Assembly (NCBI GenBank): GCA_045863235.1
Contig: BTUM01000004.1
Location: forward strand, 88,621 to 152,620
Reading direction: 5' to 3'
DNA length: 64,000 bases
From: Candidatus Xenobia bacterium
GTDB taxonomy: Bacteria; Vulcanimicrobiota; Xenobia; Xenobiales; QWHO01
The translations under genes were made by a program, and so were the position numbers. Below are positions 35,922 through 44,781 of this stretch, piece by piece. Within the stretch, counting starts at the first letter, position 1, and each line of letters opens with the position of its first letter. The notes beneath the pieces were generated by a model. It was not told where the DNA came from, made no database searches, and worked only from the letters and a program-made list of their open reading frames with translations.

Positions 35922-36104
35922 TCAGTGTATCAGCTCGGTGGTTTCCACCCGGGGAACAGGCCGACGGACGGTTGCCCTTTCGCCTGGTGGCGTGCTCCTC
36001 CTCGCATCCTGCAGATCACTCGATCTGGACTGACGAGAAGGCTCACGAAGTTTCTGGAAGTCGCGCGGGGGGTCCTGTTGAATTTCCTTCTCGCACGGGC
36101 CCTG

Positions 36105-36719
36105 TCACACGCGGTGGAGGCTCCCGGTGTAACTCCAAAGTCGCGACCAGAACGAGATGCGGACCGGACGCTCGGGCCAGAGAAGCCTGACCACCTCGAG
36201 ATCGCTGTCATCGGGCAGGTAGCTCACCACCAACGCAGCAAATGACTCCCCCTCCCGGGCAGTGCGCCAATCGTCCTGGCTGACCCACAAGAGTCCCTCC
36301 TCGCGAAGCAGCTGGCTCTCTTTTGGACGGATGGTCAGCGAGTAGTAGTCGCGGGTGAAGCGGCCTGCGTGCTCGTTCCAATCCTCTTCTTGATGATGCT
36401 CCCTGGCCACCACGATCCCGGACAGCTCGAGGATGCGACATTCGGGCCGCATCGCCGCCGACGCTCGCGCCCGCCTGCACTCGATGATGACCGCCAGGGC
36501 CAACAGACCCAGGCATAGACCCAGGGCAATCCAACCGCCGCGGGAGCCTTCCCGCACCCACTTGAAACCATGAAAGATGCCTGGTCCGAGATACCACAGG
36601 GAGGCGAGGGCTAGAATGAACGTTCCCTGGCGGCCAGAGCGCCGGTCGCAGCCCCTTTGCATGACGCCAGCGGCTCGCTGATGATCGTGGGGAGAAAACA
36701 GGTAGGGCATCCGGGTCAC
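36105..36719 (-). CDS. Hypothetical membrane protein
   Basis: 204 aa. Two hydrophobic segments (FILALASLWYLGPGIF, WIALGLCLGLLALAVII) and a soluble C-terminal half. No recognisable domain. Confidence 0.45.
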   Translation of the reverse strand: MTRMPYLFSPHDHQRAAGVMQRGCDRRSGRQGTFILALASLWYLGPGIFHGFKWVREGSRGGWIALGLCLGLLALAVIIECRRARASAAMRPECRILELSGIVVAREHHQEEDWNEHAGRFTRDYYSLTIRPKESQLLREEGLLWVSQDDWRTAREGESFAALVVSYLPDDSDLEVVRLLWPERPVRISFWSRLWSYTGSLHRV

Positions 36720-36972
36720 CTCGACTTTCCAAGGATGACCCCGCCTCGGAGCGCTAGACCAATTTGCCCCGGGTGAGCTATGTTACCGAAATGTTAACCA
36801 GATGTCAAGAGTCCCGGGCTGCCTTCTTCAAGCGCTCGAGCTCGACCAGCCGGGTCTGGATGACTTCCAGCGACAGATTGATCCGATCCTGGCCGCAGCA
36901 GCACGGAGGCGTTGTCTCGTCGGGCGACTCCATACTCCCTGAGACAGACCGACAGGCAGAAAAGTTCCCGGT

Positions 36973-39369
36973 TCAGGAACGGCGGCGGAGGCGCACGCTG
37001 CCGACCTGGACCGCTCCCGGCTGCTCGACCACGGCTCCCCCCGGGCCGGTCGGAACCCCACCAAAACCTGCCAACACCTGCTGGCGGGCGGCCAGGGCGT
37101 CCATCCCGCCGTCCTGGAGGCCCTTCAGCTGGCGAAAGAGCTCCACAGCCTGGTCTTGCTTTTCGACCCCGACCAGGTCGAGCAAGTAACGGAAGTCCGC
37201 CATCCCTTCTCCGCGCGAGATCTGGTAGGCGGACAAAGCGGTCTCCAGAGTGGTGCCGCCTTGCTGGCAATCGAGCACCTGCCGCCAGGCCTCTTCGGGA
37301 GAGGTCACAAAGGCCGTCAGAACCGGGTGCACCTGGGCCACCCGGGTCATCGTGCGCAACTCGTCGAGCAACTCTCGCTCCCAGTCCGCAGCGTGGGCCC
37401 GATAGGCCTGCTCGAGAGGCTCGTGCGACAACCCTCCCGCGGTCGAAAGTCGGACGGCCACGGGGAGACACTCCGAGCGCTCAGCCGGGGGGGAGTCAGC
37501 TCGCCCGAACGGCTCGAGCTGCCGCTCGAGCAAGGCGACCCCCAGGTGGTCCCAGAGAAACTCGGCCGCCACTCGCTTTCCCAGGAGCAAGGCCAGGGCA
37601 TCGGGCGCCTGGGCGAGCATGGAGCGATCACGGCAGGCCTCAAAGAGCGCCTCCACCACTTCGGTGGCTTTCTCGGGAGTGAGCTGATCGCTCGGCGGCA
37701 GATTGGCCAGCAGAGCACGAGCCGAGACGGCGGCCTCAGGGTCGGGTCGATAGGCCTTCTGCCAGGCCATCATGGCCGCATCCGCCATCTGGTCGTCCAA
37801 TTCCAGGCCCTGCGACGACTCGAGCAGGCGGGCCACGACCGATCGCTGCTCGTGGCGGCCCAGGGACTGGAGCCTGGCTCCTTCCTGCTCGACGCAGGCC
37901 AGGGCCAGCCAACCCGCCGCCTGACGCGAGCGCGAAGAAAATGCCGCGGTGCCCACCTCGTGGAGCTTGTCGAGCAGGTCGGGGCCGCGCACACCCGGGC
38001 AGCGAAGCAGGGCGGCCAGCTCGTAGAGAGGCGTCAGGTCGTCGGTCACGGGGAGGCGACCCTTCAGCTGCTCGAGGTTCTCGCGCACTACAGGCTCGAG
38101 CTCGCTCACCCGCACCTGAAGAGCGTGGGGAGAGAGTGTGCTCAGCGAGCGCACCAGTGCATCCTCGGCTCCCCCCTGCACGTCCTGGAAAGGACCGCGC
38201 ATGTTGATGCCCAACCCGAACAGGTCGCGGCCGATGGCCAGGCGCTCGGCCATGGGGCCCTCGGCCCCGGCGAGCCGGGTCAGCAGGGCATCCCGCTGGG
38301 GCTCGCGCACCAGCTTGTCCACCTCGTTGCCGAGGTAGTTGCGCTCCTGAAAACGCTCGTTGGTCAAGAGGTCGACCAGCTTCTGCTTGTCGGGCGCCTC
38401 CAAAGGCAAGGAAATGAGCACCGACAGACGGGTGCGATCGACTTTGTCCATGGCCTGGCTGTGCCCGGCGCGAGCGTAGGCAGCCTCGGCGGCCTGCAAG
38501 AGGGCGGCAACCAGCGCCGGCTCCGGCCTGATCAGGCTGTAGTAGGTTTCCAGCCCGTTCCAGCTGCTCATGCCCTTCAGCAGGGCGGTCCGCTCGGAAT
38601 TGGGGTCAGGATCGTGGACCAGGCGGTCCACAAGGGCGGTGGAGAGCGAGACCATCCGGCCCCGGGTGTCGGGCAACTCCTCGCCGGCCAGAGCAGCACG
38701 GTCGGCCTTGCTCAACCCGGCCAGGAACTCGTGCAGGGGCTCGTCCTTGAACAAAGCCGCGGACTCGTCGCCCGGCGCAAAGGGCAGATAGAGCCGGGCC
38801 AACGGGTCGGGGCAGCTGGTTTCGGGCCGACCCAAAGCGAAGTTGGCCGCTCGCGCCACCAGGGGATCGTCTGACTGCGACCAGGCCACCAGAGGAGCCG
38901 CCTCCTCCTCCGAGAGCTGGCTGGCGCGATGGCGCTGCCCAAGCTCGACGAGTCGAGGCAGGATCTCACGGCGCTCAGCCTGACGCAGGCGTCGGGACCA
39001 GTCTTCGGGGGCCGAGGGGTCCTGAATTGCTCCCTCTTCGGACTGCAGCAGCGCTGGGGGAGCCGCGCTCGCGCTGGCCGCGGGCGCGCTCGGAGAGGGC
39101 GCGGCCTTCTCAGGCTTCTCCGCTTTCTGAGGAGCGCAAAGACGGGTCGAGTCGGCCGGTTCTGGAGGGTCGGGGGGCGATGCCGTCAAGGCGGCCGGGG
39201 GCGGCTGCGCGGTGGCTGGCAGGCCTGTGATTGTGACCCCCTGAATGATCATCGCCACTTGTTTCTGGGCGAGGGATTGCTGTCCCTCTGCTGGCTGCCT
39301 GCAACGCCAGGAAGGCGGCGTTGATCGCTTCCGCCAGAGACAAGCCGCCGGGCAGGAGCCCGCCCGCAA
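36973..39369 (-). CDS. Large hypothetical protein (about 760-798 aa)
   Basis: Long Leu/Ala-rich ORF with regular D/E/W content. A likely start is the ATG at 39252 (MIIQGVTITGLPATAQ...). It is divergent from the dihydropyrimidinase gene and has no recognisable domain. Confidence 0.45.
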   Translation of the reverse strand: MRAGSCPAACLWRKRSTPPSWRCRQPAEGQQSLAQKQVAMIIQGVTITGLPATAQPPPAALTASPPDPPEPADSTRLCAPQKAEKPEKAAPSPSAPAASASAAPPALLQSEEGAIQDPSAPEDWSRRLRQAERREILPRLVELGQRHRASQLSEEEAAPLVAWSQSDDPLVARAANFALGRPETSCPDPLARLYLPFAPGDESAALFKDEPLHEFLAGLSKADRAALAGEELPDTRGRMVSLSTALVDRLVHDPDPNSERTALLKGMSSWNGLETYYSLIRPEPALVAALLQAAEAAYARAGHSQAMDKVDRTRLSVLISLPLEAPDKQKLVDLLTNERFQERNYLGNEVDKLVREPQRDALLTRLAGAEGPMAERLAIGRDLFGLGINMRGPFQDVQGGAEDALVRSLSTLSPHALQVRVSELEPVVRENLEQLKGRLPVTDDLTPLYELAALLRCPGVRGPDLLDKLHEVGTAAFSSRSRQAAGWLALACVEQEGARLQSLGRHEQRSVVARLLESSQGLELDDQMADAAMMAWQKAYRPDPEAAVSARALLANLPPSDQLTPEKATEVVEALFEACRDRSMLAQAPDALALLLGKRVAAEFLWDHLGVALLERQLEPFGRADSPPAERSECLPVAVRLSTAGGLSHEPLEQAYRAHAADWERELLDELRTMTRVAQVHPVLTAFVTSPEEAWRQVLDCQQGGTTLETALSAYQISRGEGMADFRYLLDLVGVEKQDQAVELFRQLKGLQDGGMDALAARQQVLAGFGGVPTGPGGAVVEQPGAVQVGSVRLRRRS

Positions 39370-39416
39370 GGTCAGGAAAGCCCCATCACAGCAGCTTTCC
39401 CAAGGAGGACCTTCCG

Positions 39417-40814
39417 ATGCGCATCCTGATCCAGAACGGTGAAGTCGTCACCGCGTCCGACCAGTTCAAGGCCGAGGTGCTCATCGAGGGCGAGAAGGTC
39501 GTAGCCGTGGGCCAGAACCTGGGAGTCACCAACGCCGACAAGGTCTACGACGCCACCGGCCACCTGGTCATCCCGGGAGGCATCGACGTCCACTGTCACC
39601 TGGACATGCCGTTCATGGGCACGCGCAGCAAGGACGACTTCTTCACCGGCACGAGGGCCGCCATCTCGGGCGGCACCACCTCCATCATCGAGTTTTGCAT
39701 CCCGACCAAAGGCGGCACCATCAAGCAGGCGCTGGCTGACTGGGATGCCAAGAGCGCCCCCAAAGCCTGCTGCGACTATTCCTTCCACATGGCCATCGTG
39801 GACTGGAACGAGGGCATCCGCAAGGAGCTCGACGCGGTCTTCGAGCGGGGCATCACCAGCTTCAAAGTATTCACCGCCTACAAGGGCGCCCTGATGCTCT
39901 CCGACGAGGAGATCTTCCGCCTGATGCTGGAGGTCAAGGCCCGAGGCGGCCTGGTCACGGCCCACGCCGTCAACGGTGATGTTTTGACCGTGCTGGCCGA
40001 CAAGTTCGCCGCCGAGGGCAAGCTGACCCCGCACTATCACCCCCTCTGCCAGCCCGGCTACGCCGAGGGCGAGGCCACCGGGCGCATCCTCGAGCTCGGC
40101 AACCTGGCCGGACAACCCGCCTACATCGTCCACATGACCGCCAAGGAAGCGGTGGAGGAGCTGGTGCGGGCCCGCGCTCGCGGCTGGGAGTCGTTCGGGG
40201 AGGTGTGCACTCAGCACCTCACCCTGGACGACAGCCTCTATGATCTGCCCGACTTCGAGGGCGCCAAGTACGTGATGAGCCCTCCCCTTCGCAAGAAGGC
40301 CGACCAGGAAGCGTTGTGGGCCGCTCTGGCCAACGGCACCATCCAGGTGGTGGGCACCGACCACTGCACCTTCGACTTCAAGGGCGGCAAGGACATGGGC
40401 AAGGACGACTTCCGCAAGATCCCCAACGGGCTCAACGGCATCGAGGAGCGGATGAACATGCTCTTCAGCTACGGGGTCAAGTCGGGCAAGATCCCCATGA
40501 CCAGATTCGTCGAGGTGACCGCCACCAACCCGGCCAAGATCTTCGGGCTCTACCCCCAGAAGGGGCACATCTCCCCCGGAGCCGACGCCGACGTGGTCAT
40601 CTACAACCCCAACAAGGAAGGCGTGATCTCCGCCAAGACCCACAATTCGGCCTGCGACTACAACGTTTACGAGGGCTGGAAGATCCTGGGCGCCCCTCAC
40701 ACCGTCTTCGTGCGCGGCAAGGTGGCCTACGAGAACGGCAAGTTCGTGGGCGAGGCAGGCAACGGCAAGTTCCTGGCCCGGGCCGCCGGCAAACCCCAAC
40801 TGGCCATGGTCTAA
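39417..40814 (+). CDS. hydA: Dihydropyrimidinase / D-hydantoinase (cyclic amidohydrolase)
   Basis: ATG at 39417 with SD aaggagg. Metal-binding HxH (GGIDVHCHLDMPF), the carboxylated-Lys motif (ITSFKVFTAYKGALM), later His ligands (AHAVNGD, YIVHMT) and GTDHCTF. Confidence 0.85.
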   Translation: MRILIQNGEVVTASDQFKAEVLIEGEKVVAVGQNLGVTNADKVYDATGHLVIPGGIDVHCHLDMPFMGTRSKDDFFTGTRAAISGGTTSIIEFCIPTKGGTIKQALADWDAKSAPKACCDYSFHMAIVDWNEGIRKELDAVFERGITSFKVFTAYKGALMLSDEEIFRLMLEVKARGGLVTAHAVNGDVLTVLADKFAAEGKLTPHYHPLCQPGYAEGEATGRILELGNLAGQPAYIVHMTAKEAVEELVRARARGWESFGEVCTQHLTLDDSLYDLPDFEGAKYVMSPPLRKKADQEALWAALANGTIQVVGTDHCTFDFKGGKDMGKDDFRKIPNGLNGIEERMNMLFSYGVKSGKIPMTRFVEVTATNPAKIFGLYPQKGHISPGADADVVIYNPNKEGVISAKTHNSACDYNVYEGWKILGAPHTVFVRGKVAYENGKFVGEAGNGKFLARAAGKPQLAMV

Positions 40815-41611
40815 GGCACGGGCTGGCTGTCGATGGTGGGCTCGCTGCCGGGCACCCAACCCGGCACCGAGTCGTCGGCCGGCACGCTCTGCACCGGAGC
40901 CTGAGGGGGCGCCGCGTTGGGATCGGGCGGCAGCCAGCTGGGCTCGGTGTTGTCGTCGGGCGGCACCGGCTGGTTGCTGGCATCCTTCCACACCGACCCG
41001 TCAGGATTGGGCATGGGCACCGTGGCGGCCGGAGGCTCGGAAGCCGGAGGCGGCCCGTCGGCCGCCGGTGGCGTGTCCTCGGGCACCGGAGCCTCCTCCT
41101 CGGTGACCACCTCCTCGTCGGCAGGCACGCTCTCCTCGCCTCCCGCGGTGGCCTCGGGCACCGGGTCGTCCCCGGAGTCTTCCGACTGCTCGCCATCGAG
41201 CATCTTGACCTTGACGTTCACCTTGACCTTGACGTAGGCCTCGGGCTTCTTGCGAAACTCGGCCAGGCACTCGGCGTGGGCAAAATACAGGGTCTTGCCG
41301 TAGTGGTCGGTGCGGTAGGGGGCGGTGTCGTCCACCGGAGCCCCGCAGACCAGGTCGATGAGCGGCGTGCCGTCGGCTGAAAGGGGCACCTCACGAGGGC
41401 GCGAGACATTGGGAGGGGCGGGCGTGAGGGCCACCGCCGCCCCCTGCGTGGCAGGCTTGCCCCCCAGCAAGGTGGCGCAATAGACGGCCAGTCCCAGCAC
41501 CAGGCCCCCCGTGGCCAGAAGCGCCCAGCGCTGGTGAGGCTTGAGGGGCGGCTCGTTGGAGGGCATGCGCTTAATGCGCACCTTCAGGGTTTCATCGCTC
41601 AGCGGGGGCAC
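40811..41611 (-). CDS. YHS-domain membrane protein with acidic/Pro-rich C-terminal tail
   Basis: An N-terminal TM segment, then the YHS/TRASH-like metal-binding domain (LVCGAPVDDTAPYRTDHYGKTLYFAHAECLAEFRKKPEAYV). It continues with a KVKVNVKVK repeat and a long D/E/P-rich tail. Confidence 0.6.
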   Translation of the reverse strand: MPPLSDETLKVRIKRMPSNEPPLKPHQRWALLATGGLVLGLAVYCATLLGGKPATQGAAVALTPAPPNVSRPREVPLSADGTPLIDLVCGAPVDDTAPYRTDHYGKTLYFAHAECLAEFRKKPEAYVKVKVNVKVKMLDGEQSEDSGDDPVPEATAGGEESVPADEEVVTEEEAPVPEDTPPAADGPPPASEPPAATVPMPNPDGSVWKDASNQPVPPDDNTEPSWLPPDPNAAPPQAPVQSVPADDSVPGWVPGSEPTIDSQPVP

Positions 41612-41662
41612 AGGTCTATGAATTCGCGGCCCTGAGAGCCGCTCCTGTGAGCGCCGCTCTGC

Positions 41663-42481
41663 TCAGGACTCGAGCTCTTTGAGAGCGGCCTGTTGGGCTG
41701 AGCGCGACTCTTGCAAGAGGACGCGCGAGACCCGCCGCAGACGGCTGAGCGAGTCGGGAGACGGGTCCTGGCCCATCAGCGCGATGGCCTCGGCCACCCT
41801 TTGCAGGGCCTCGAGCTCGCCCAGGTAAGCCTTATGGGCCGCTCCCCCTTTCACCGCGCCGGCCTCCTTGCGAAGCTTGGAGACCTCACGCGTGAGCTTC
41901 TCCCCCTCCCGGGCCAGCAGGCCCAGATCGGGCTCTTTGGTGTTGCCCTGGTAGACCAGCTGTTGCAAGCGACCCGAAAGCTCGGCCTCGCGCCGCTGGA
42001 TGGGGAGGATCCTGGCCTGCCAGGCATAGTAGCCGGCCGGCCCGCCCGGCGAAAGACGGGGAAGCCACTGCTGGCGGGCGCTCAGCCAGTCCAGCTGAGC
42101 CAGGCTCAGGATGCGGTTGAGCTCGTGCGAAAAGACCTGCACGCTGGCGCGATCGGACTTGCCGGCCTGCAGGAAGGTGGCGATGCGTTTCAGAGCCTGC
42201 AGGTGGGCCTTGGAGCGGGCCAGGGCGGCCATCCGGTAGCCGACCAGGGACTTGTGAAAGGGGGCCCGGCTCAGCTTGTCCTGGTATGCCAGCACCGCTT
42301 CCTCGCGCACCTTCAGCTTCTCCAACGCTTTAGGGGCGGAGATCCGGCCGCTCAACCAATCTTCCAGCAGGTTGCCACTCTCGGCCACGGCTTCGGCCTG
42401 CCCGTCCACGAAGCGCTGCACGGCGAGGTCGTAGCGCCAGGCGGGCGTCTGGGCCAGCGCCAGGGGGGCCAGCAGCAGCAC
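41663..42481 (-). CDS. Hypothetical secreted protein
   Basis: GTG start. The short hydrophobic N-terminus MLLLAPLALAQTP has a possible AxA cleavage site. Helical and Leu/Ala/Gln-rich. Confidence 0.4.
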   Translation of the reverse strand: MLLLAPLALAQTPAWRYDLAVQRFVDGQAEAVAESGNLLEDWLSGRISAPKALEKLKVREEAVLAYQDKLSRAPFHKSLVGYRMAALARSKAHLQALKRIATFLQAGKSDRASVQVFSHELNRILSLAQLDWLSARQQWLPRLSPGGPAGYYAWQARILPIQRREAELSGRLQQLVYQGNTKEPDLGLLAREGEKLTREVSKLRKEAGAVKGGAAHKAYLGELEALQRVAEAIALMGQDPSPDSLSRLRRVSRVLLQESRSAQQAALKELES

Positions 42482-42494
42482 CAGGACCAGGGCT

Positions 42495-43856
42495 CTAATT
42501 GGTCAACCCCTGCAAAGGCGAAGGGATGCGTCCCCCCCGCAGCACGAATTCGCGGGCTGCAAAGCGGTGAACCGGCAGGATGGGCGAGGCTCCCAGCAGG
42601 CCGCCGTAGTCGACCGACTCGCCGGCCCGCTTGCCAGGCACGGGCAGCAGACGGACGGCGGTGGTCTTGTTGTTCACCATGCCGATGACCATCTCGTCGG
42701 CCATGATGGCCGACAGCGTCTCGGGTGTGGTGTCGCCAGGCACCACCACCATGTCCAGGCCCACCGAGCAGACCGCGGTCATGGCCTCGAGCTTGTCGAT
42801 GGTCAGGGCGCCCATGCTGACCGAGCGGGCCATCTCGGCGTCCTCGCTGACGGGAATGAAAGCACCGCTCAGCCCGCCCACGCTGGAGGAGGCCATGGCC
42901 CCGCCCCGCTTGACGGCGTCGTTGAGCAGGGCCAGCGCGGCCGTAGTGCCGTGGGTGCCGCACTTCTCCAGGCCCATGGCCTCCAGCACCTCGGCCACCG
43001 AGTCTCCCGCGGCCGGGGTGGGAGCCAGCGACAGGTCCACGATGCCGAAGCGCACGCCCAGGCGACGCGAGACCTCGCGGCCCACCAGCTCGCCCATGCG
43101 GGTGATCTTGAAAGCGGTGCGCTTGATGGTTTCAGCCAGATCCTGCAGGGGAGCACCGTGCATCTGGCGCACCGCCGCAGCCACCACGCCCGGACCGCTG
43201 ATGCCCACGTTGATGGAGATCTCGGCCTCGCCGGTGCCGTGCATGGCCCCGGCAATGAAAGGGTTGTCCTCGGGCTGGTTGCAGAACGTGACCAGCCGGG
43301 CGCAGGGGCCGCCCTGCAGCTCGGGGCGCAGGTGGGCGGTGCGGTGGATCACCTGGCCCATGTGCAACACCGCATCCATGTTCACACCGGCCCGGGTGGA
43401 GGCCACCGAGATCGAGGAGCACACGCGAGAGGTGGCGTTGAGGGCCTCGGGCAGCGAATCGATCAACACCCGATCGCCGTCCTTGTAGCCTTTGTGGACC
43501 TGAGCCGAGAAGCCGCCCAGGTAGTCGATGCCCACCGCTTCGGCGGCCCGATCCAGGGCCAGGGCCAGGGGGGTGTAGTCCCTGGCGCCCGTGGAGGCGG
43601 CGATGTAGGCCGCCGGCGAGATGGAGACCCGCTTGTTGACGATGGGGATGCCGAACTCTTCCGACACCGCCTCCACCGTGGGCACCAGCTTCTCGGCCGA
43701 GCGCAGGATCTTGCGCACCACCCGCTCGCACACGGAGCGCATGTCGGTGGCGCAGCAATCGAACAGGCTGATGCCCATCGTGACGGTGCGCACGTCGAGG
43801 TGCTGCTCCTCGAACATGCGCAGGGTTTCAAGAATCTCTTCGGAGGACAACCACAT
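42495..43856 (-). CDS. UPF0210 (DUF711/COG2848) family protein
   Basis: ATG at M61 of the track ORF. The product MWLSSEEILETLRMFEEQHLDVRTVTMGISLFDCCATD... carries the hallmark TITMGISLxDC motif of UPF0210 proteins. About 453 aa. Confidence 0.8.
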   Translation of the reverse strand: MWLSSEEILETLRMFEEQHLDVRTVTMGISLFDCCATDMRSVCERVVRKILRSAEKLVPTVEAVSEEFGIPIVNKRVSISPAAYIAASTGARDYTPLALALDRAAEAVGIDYLGGFSAQVHKGYKDGDRVLIDSLPEALNATSRVCSSISVASTRAGVNMDAVLHMGQVIHRTAHLRPELQGGPCARLVTFCNQPEDNPFIAGAMHGTGEAEISINVGISGPGVVAAAVRQMHGAPLQDLAETIKRTAFKITRMGELVGREVSRRLGVRFGIVDLSLAPTPAAGDSVAEVLEAMGLEKCGTHGTTAALALLNDAVKRGGAMASSSVGGLSGAFIPVSEDAEMARSVSMGALTIDKLEAMTAVCSVGLDMVVVPGDTTPETLSAIMADEMVIGMVNNKTTAVRLLPVPGKRAGESVDYGGLLGASPILPVHRFAAREFVLRGGRIPSPLQGLTN

Positions 43857-43972
43857 GGCGCACCCGGCTTCGCGAACGGGGACCGGAGGCCTGCCTGGGG
43901 GATGCTGGGCACCATGGAGGCTCTGGCCAGGCGGCTTCGAAAGCTGCAAGCATCCCCGGAAAGGAGCCCAGA

Positions 43973-44341
43973 ATGGTAAGACGGATCGGATTGAGCCTGT
44001 CCTGCCTGCTGCTGCTGGCGATCCCCGCCATGGCACAGGTGGTGGACCTGCCCGCCGGAGCCGACAAGGTGGAAAAGCACCTGGTTTCCGGCAAGACCAC
44101 CATCGTGGAGTTCTACGCCGACTGGTGAGGGCCGTGTAAGAGAATGGCCCCCAGTTTGGAGGCCTACGCCAAGAATTCCGCCAACAAGACCGCCCTGCTC
44201 AAGATCAACGTTGACAACCACAGCGATCTGAGCGACAACATGGGAGTGCGTTCCATTCCCGCCTTCTTCATCTATGACGCCAAAGGCAAGCTGATCAAGC
44301 AGGGGCCTGACGCGCGCAGCTGGGTCGAGGAGAAGATCTGA
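43973..44341 (+). CDS. Secreted thioredoxin-like protein with in-frame TGA in the active site (W-TGA-GPC): candidate selenoprotein, otherwise a pseudogene
   Basis: ATG at 43973 with SD aaaggag. The signal peptide is MVRRIGLSLSCLLLLAIPAMA. The thioredoxin core reads ...KTTIVEFYADW[TGA 44126-44128]GPCKRMAPSLEAYAK.... The reading frame continues uninterrupted into track ORF 44144..44341 (...GVRSIPAFFIYDAKGKLIKQ...). The hairpin GGGCCgtgtaagagaatGGCCC starts immediately 3' of the TGA. Confidence 0.55.
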
Positions 44342-44375
44342 CCCTGGCGGTGCTCAGGCAGCGCCTGGGCACCGC

Positions 44376-44732
44376 TCAGATCCGGTGCATGTAGGCGAAG
44401 ATCTCCTCGCGCTGCAGGCGAAAGCGCACCCCCAGCGGACGAGACTCGACCTCCAGGCGCTCGCGCAGCTCAGCCAGGTTGGCCGCCGAGCAGTTGTCCA
44501 CCTCGGCCGACAGAATCAGGGTGAAGCACTTTTGCTGCTCCACCGTGTCGGCCCGCAACACCCGCACCCCGTTGCGGGCCAGCAGATCGTGCACCCGGGT
44601 GGCCAGATCGGCGTGAGCCTGCGAGCCGACCTGATAGCGAGCCTCTCCCAGCACGATGTGGCGCGGTTCGGCGGCCGGGTAGCAGAGCCCGTCCGGCCCG
44701 TAGACCGCCAGTATCAGTCGGCATCCATTCAT
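44376..44732 (-). CDS. Hypothetical protein (118 aa)
   Basis: Balanced composition. It sits directly downstream of mutS2 on the same strand. No confident family assignment. Confidence 0.4.
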   Translation of the reverse strand: MNGCRLILAVYGPDGLCYPAAEPRHIVLGEARYQVGSQAHADLATRVHDLLARNGVRVLRADTVEQQKCFTLILSAEVDNCSAANLAELRERLEVESRPLGVRFRLQREEIFAYMHRI

Positions 44733-44781
44733 GGGGCGGGGACCTTCCCCATCGCGCGCTTCTCCCCTGCCCGGCGGGGCA

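Noticed and set aside
36794-37682. Overlapping ORFs 36794..37471 (-) and 36912..37682 (+)
   Set aside because: These extremely Arg/Pro/Gly-rich translations overlap the 36973..39369 gene or the intergenic region. They are GC-frame artefacts.
39372-40991. 539-aa minus ORF
   Set aside because: It is antisense to the well-supported dihydropyrimidinase gene.
42567-43979. 470-aa plus ORF
   Set aside because: It is antisense to the UPF0210 gene, which carries the conserved TMGISLFDC motif.
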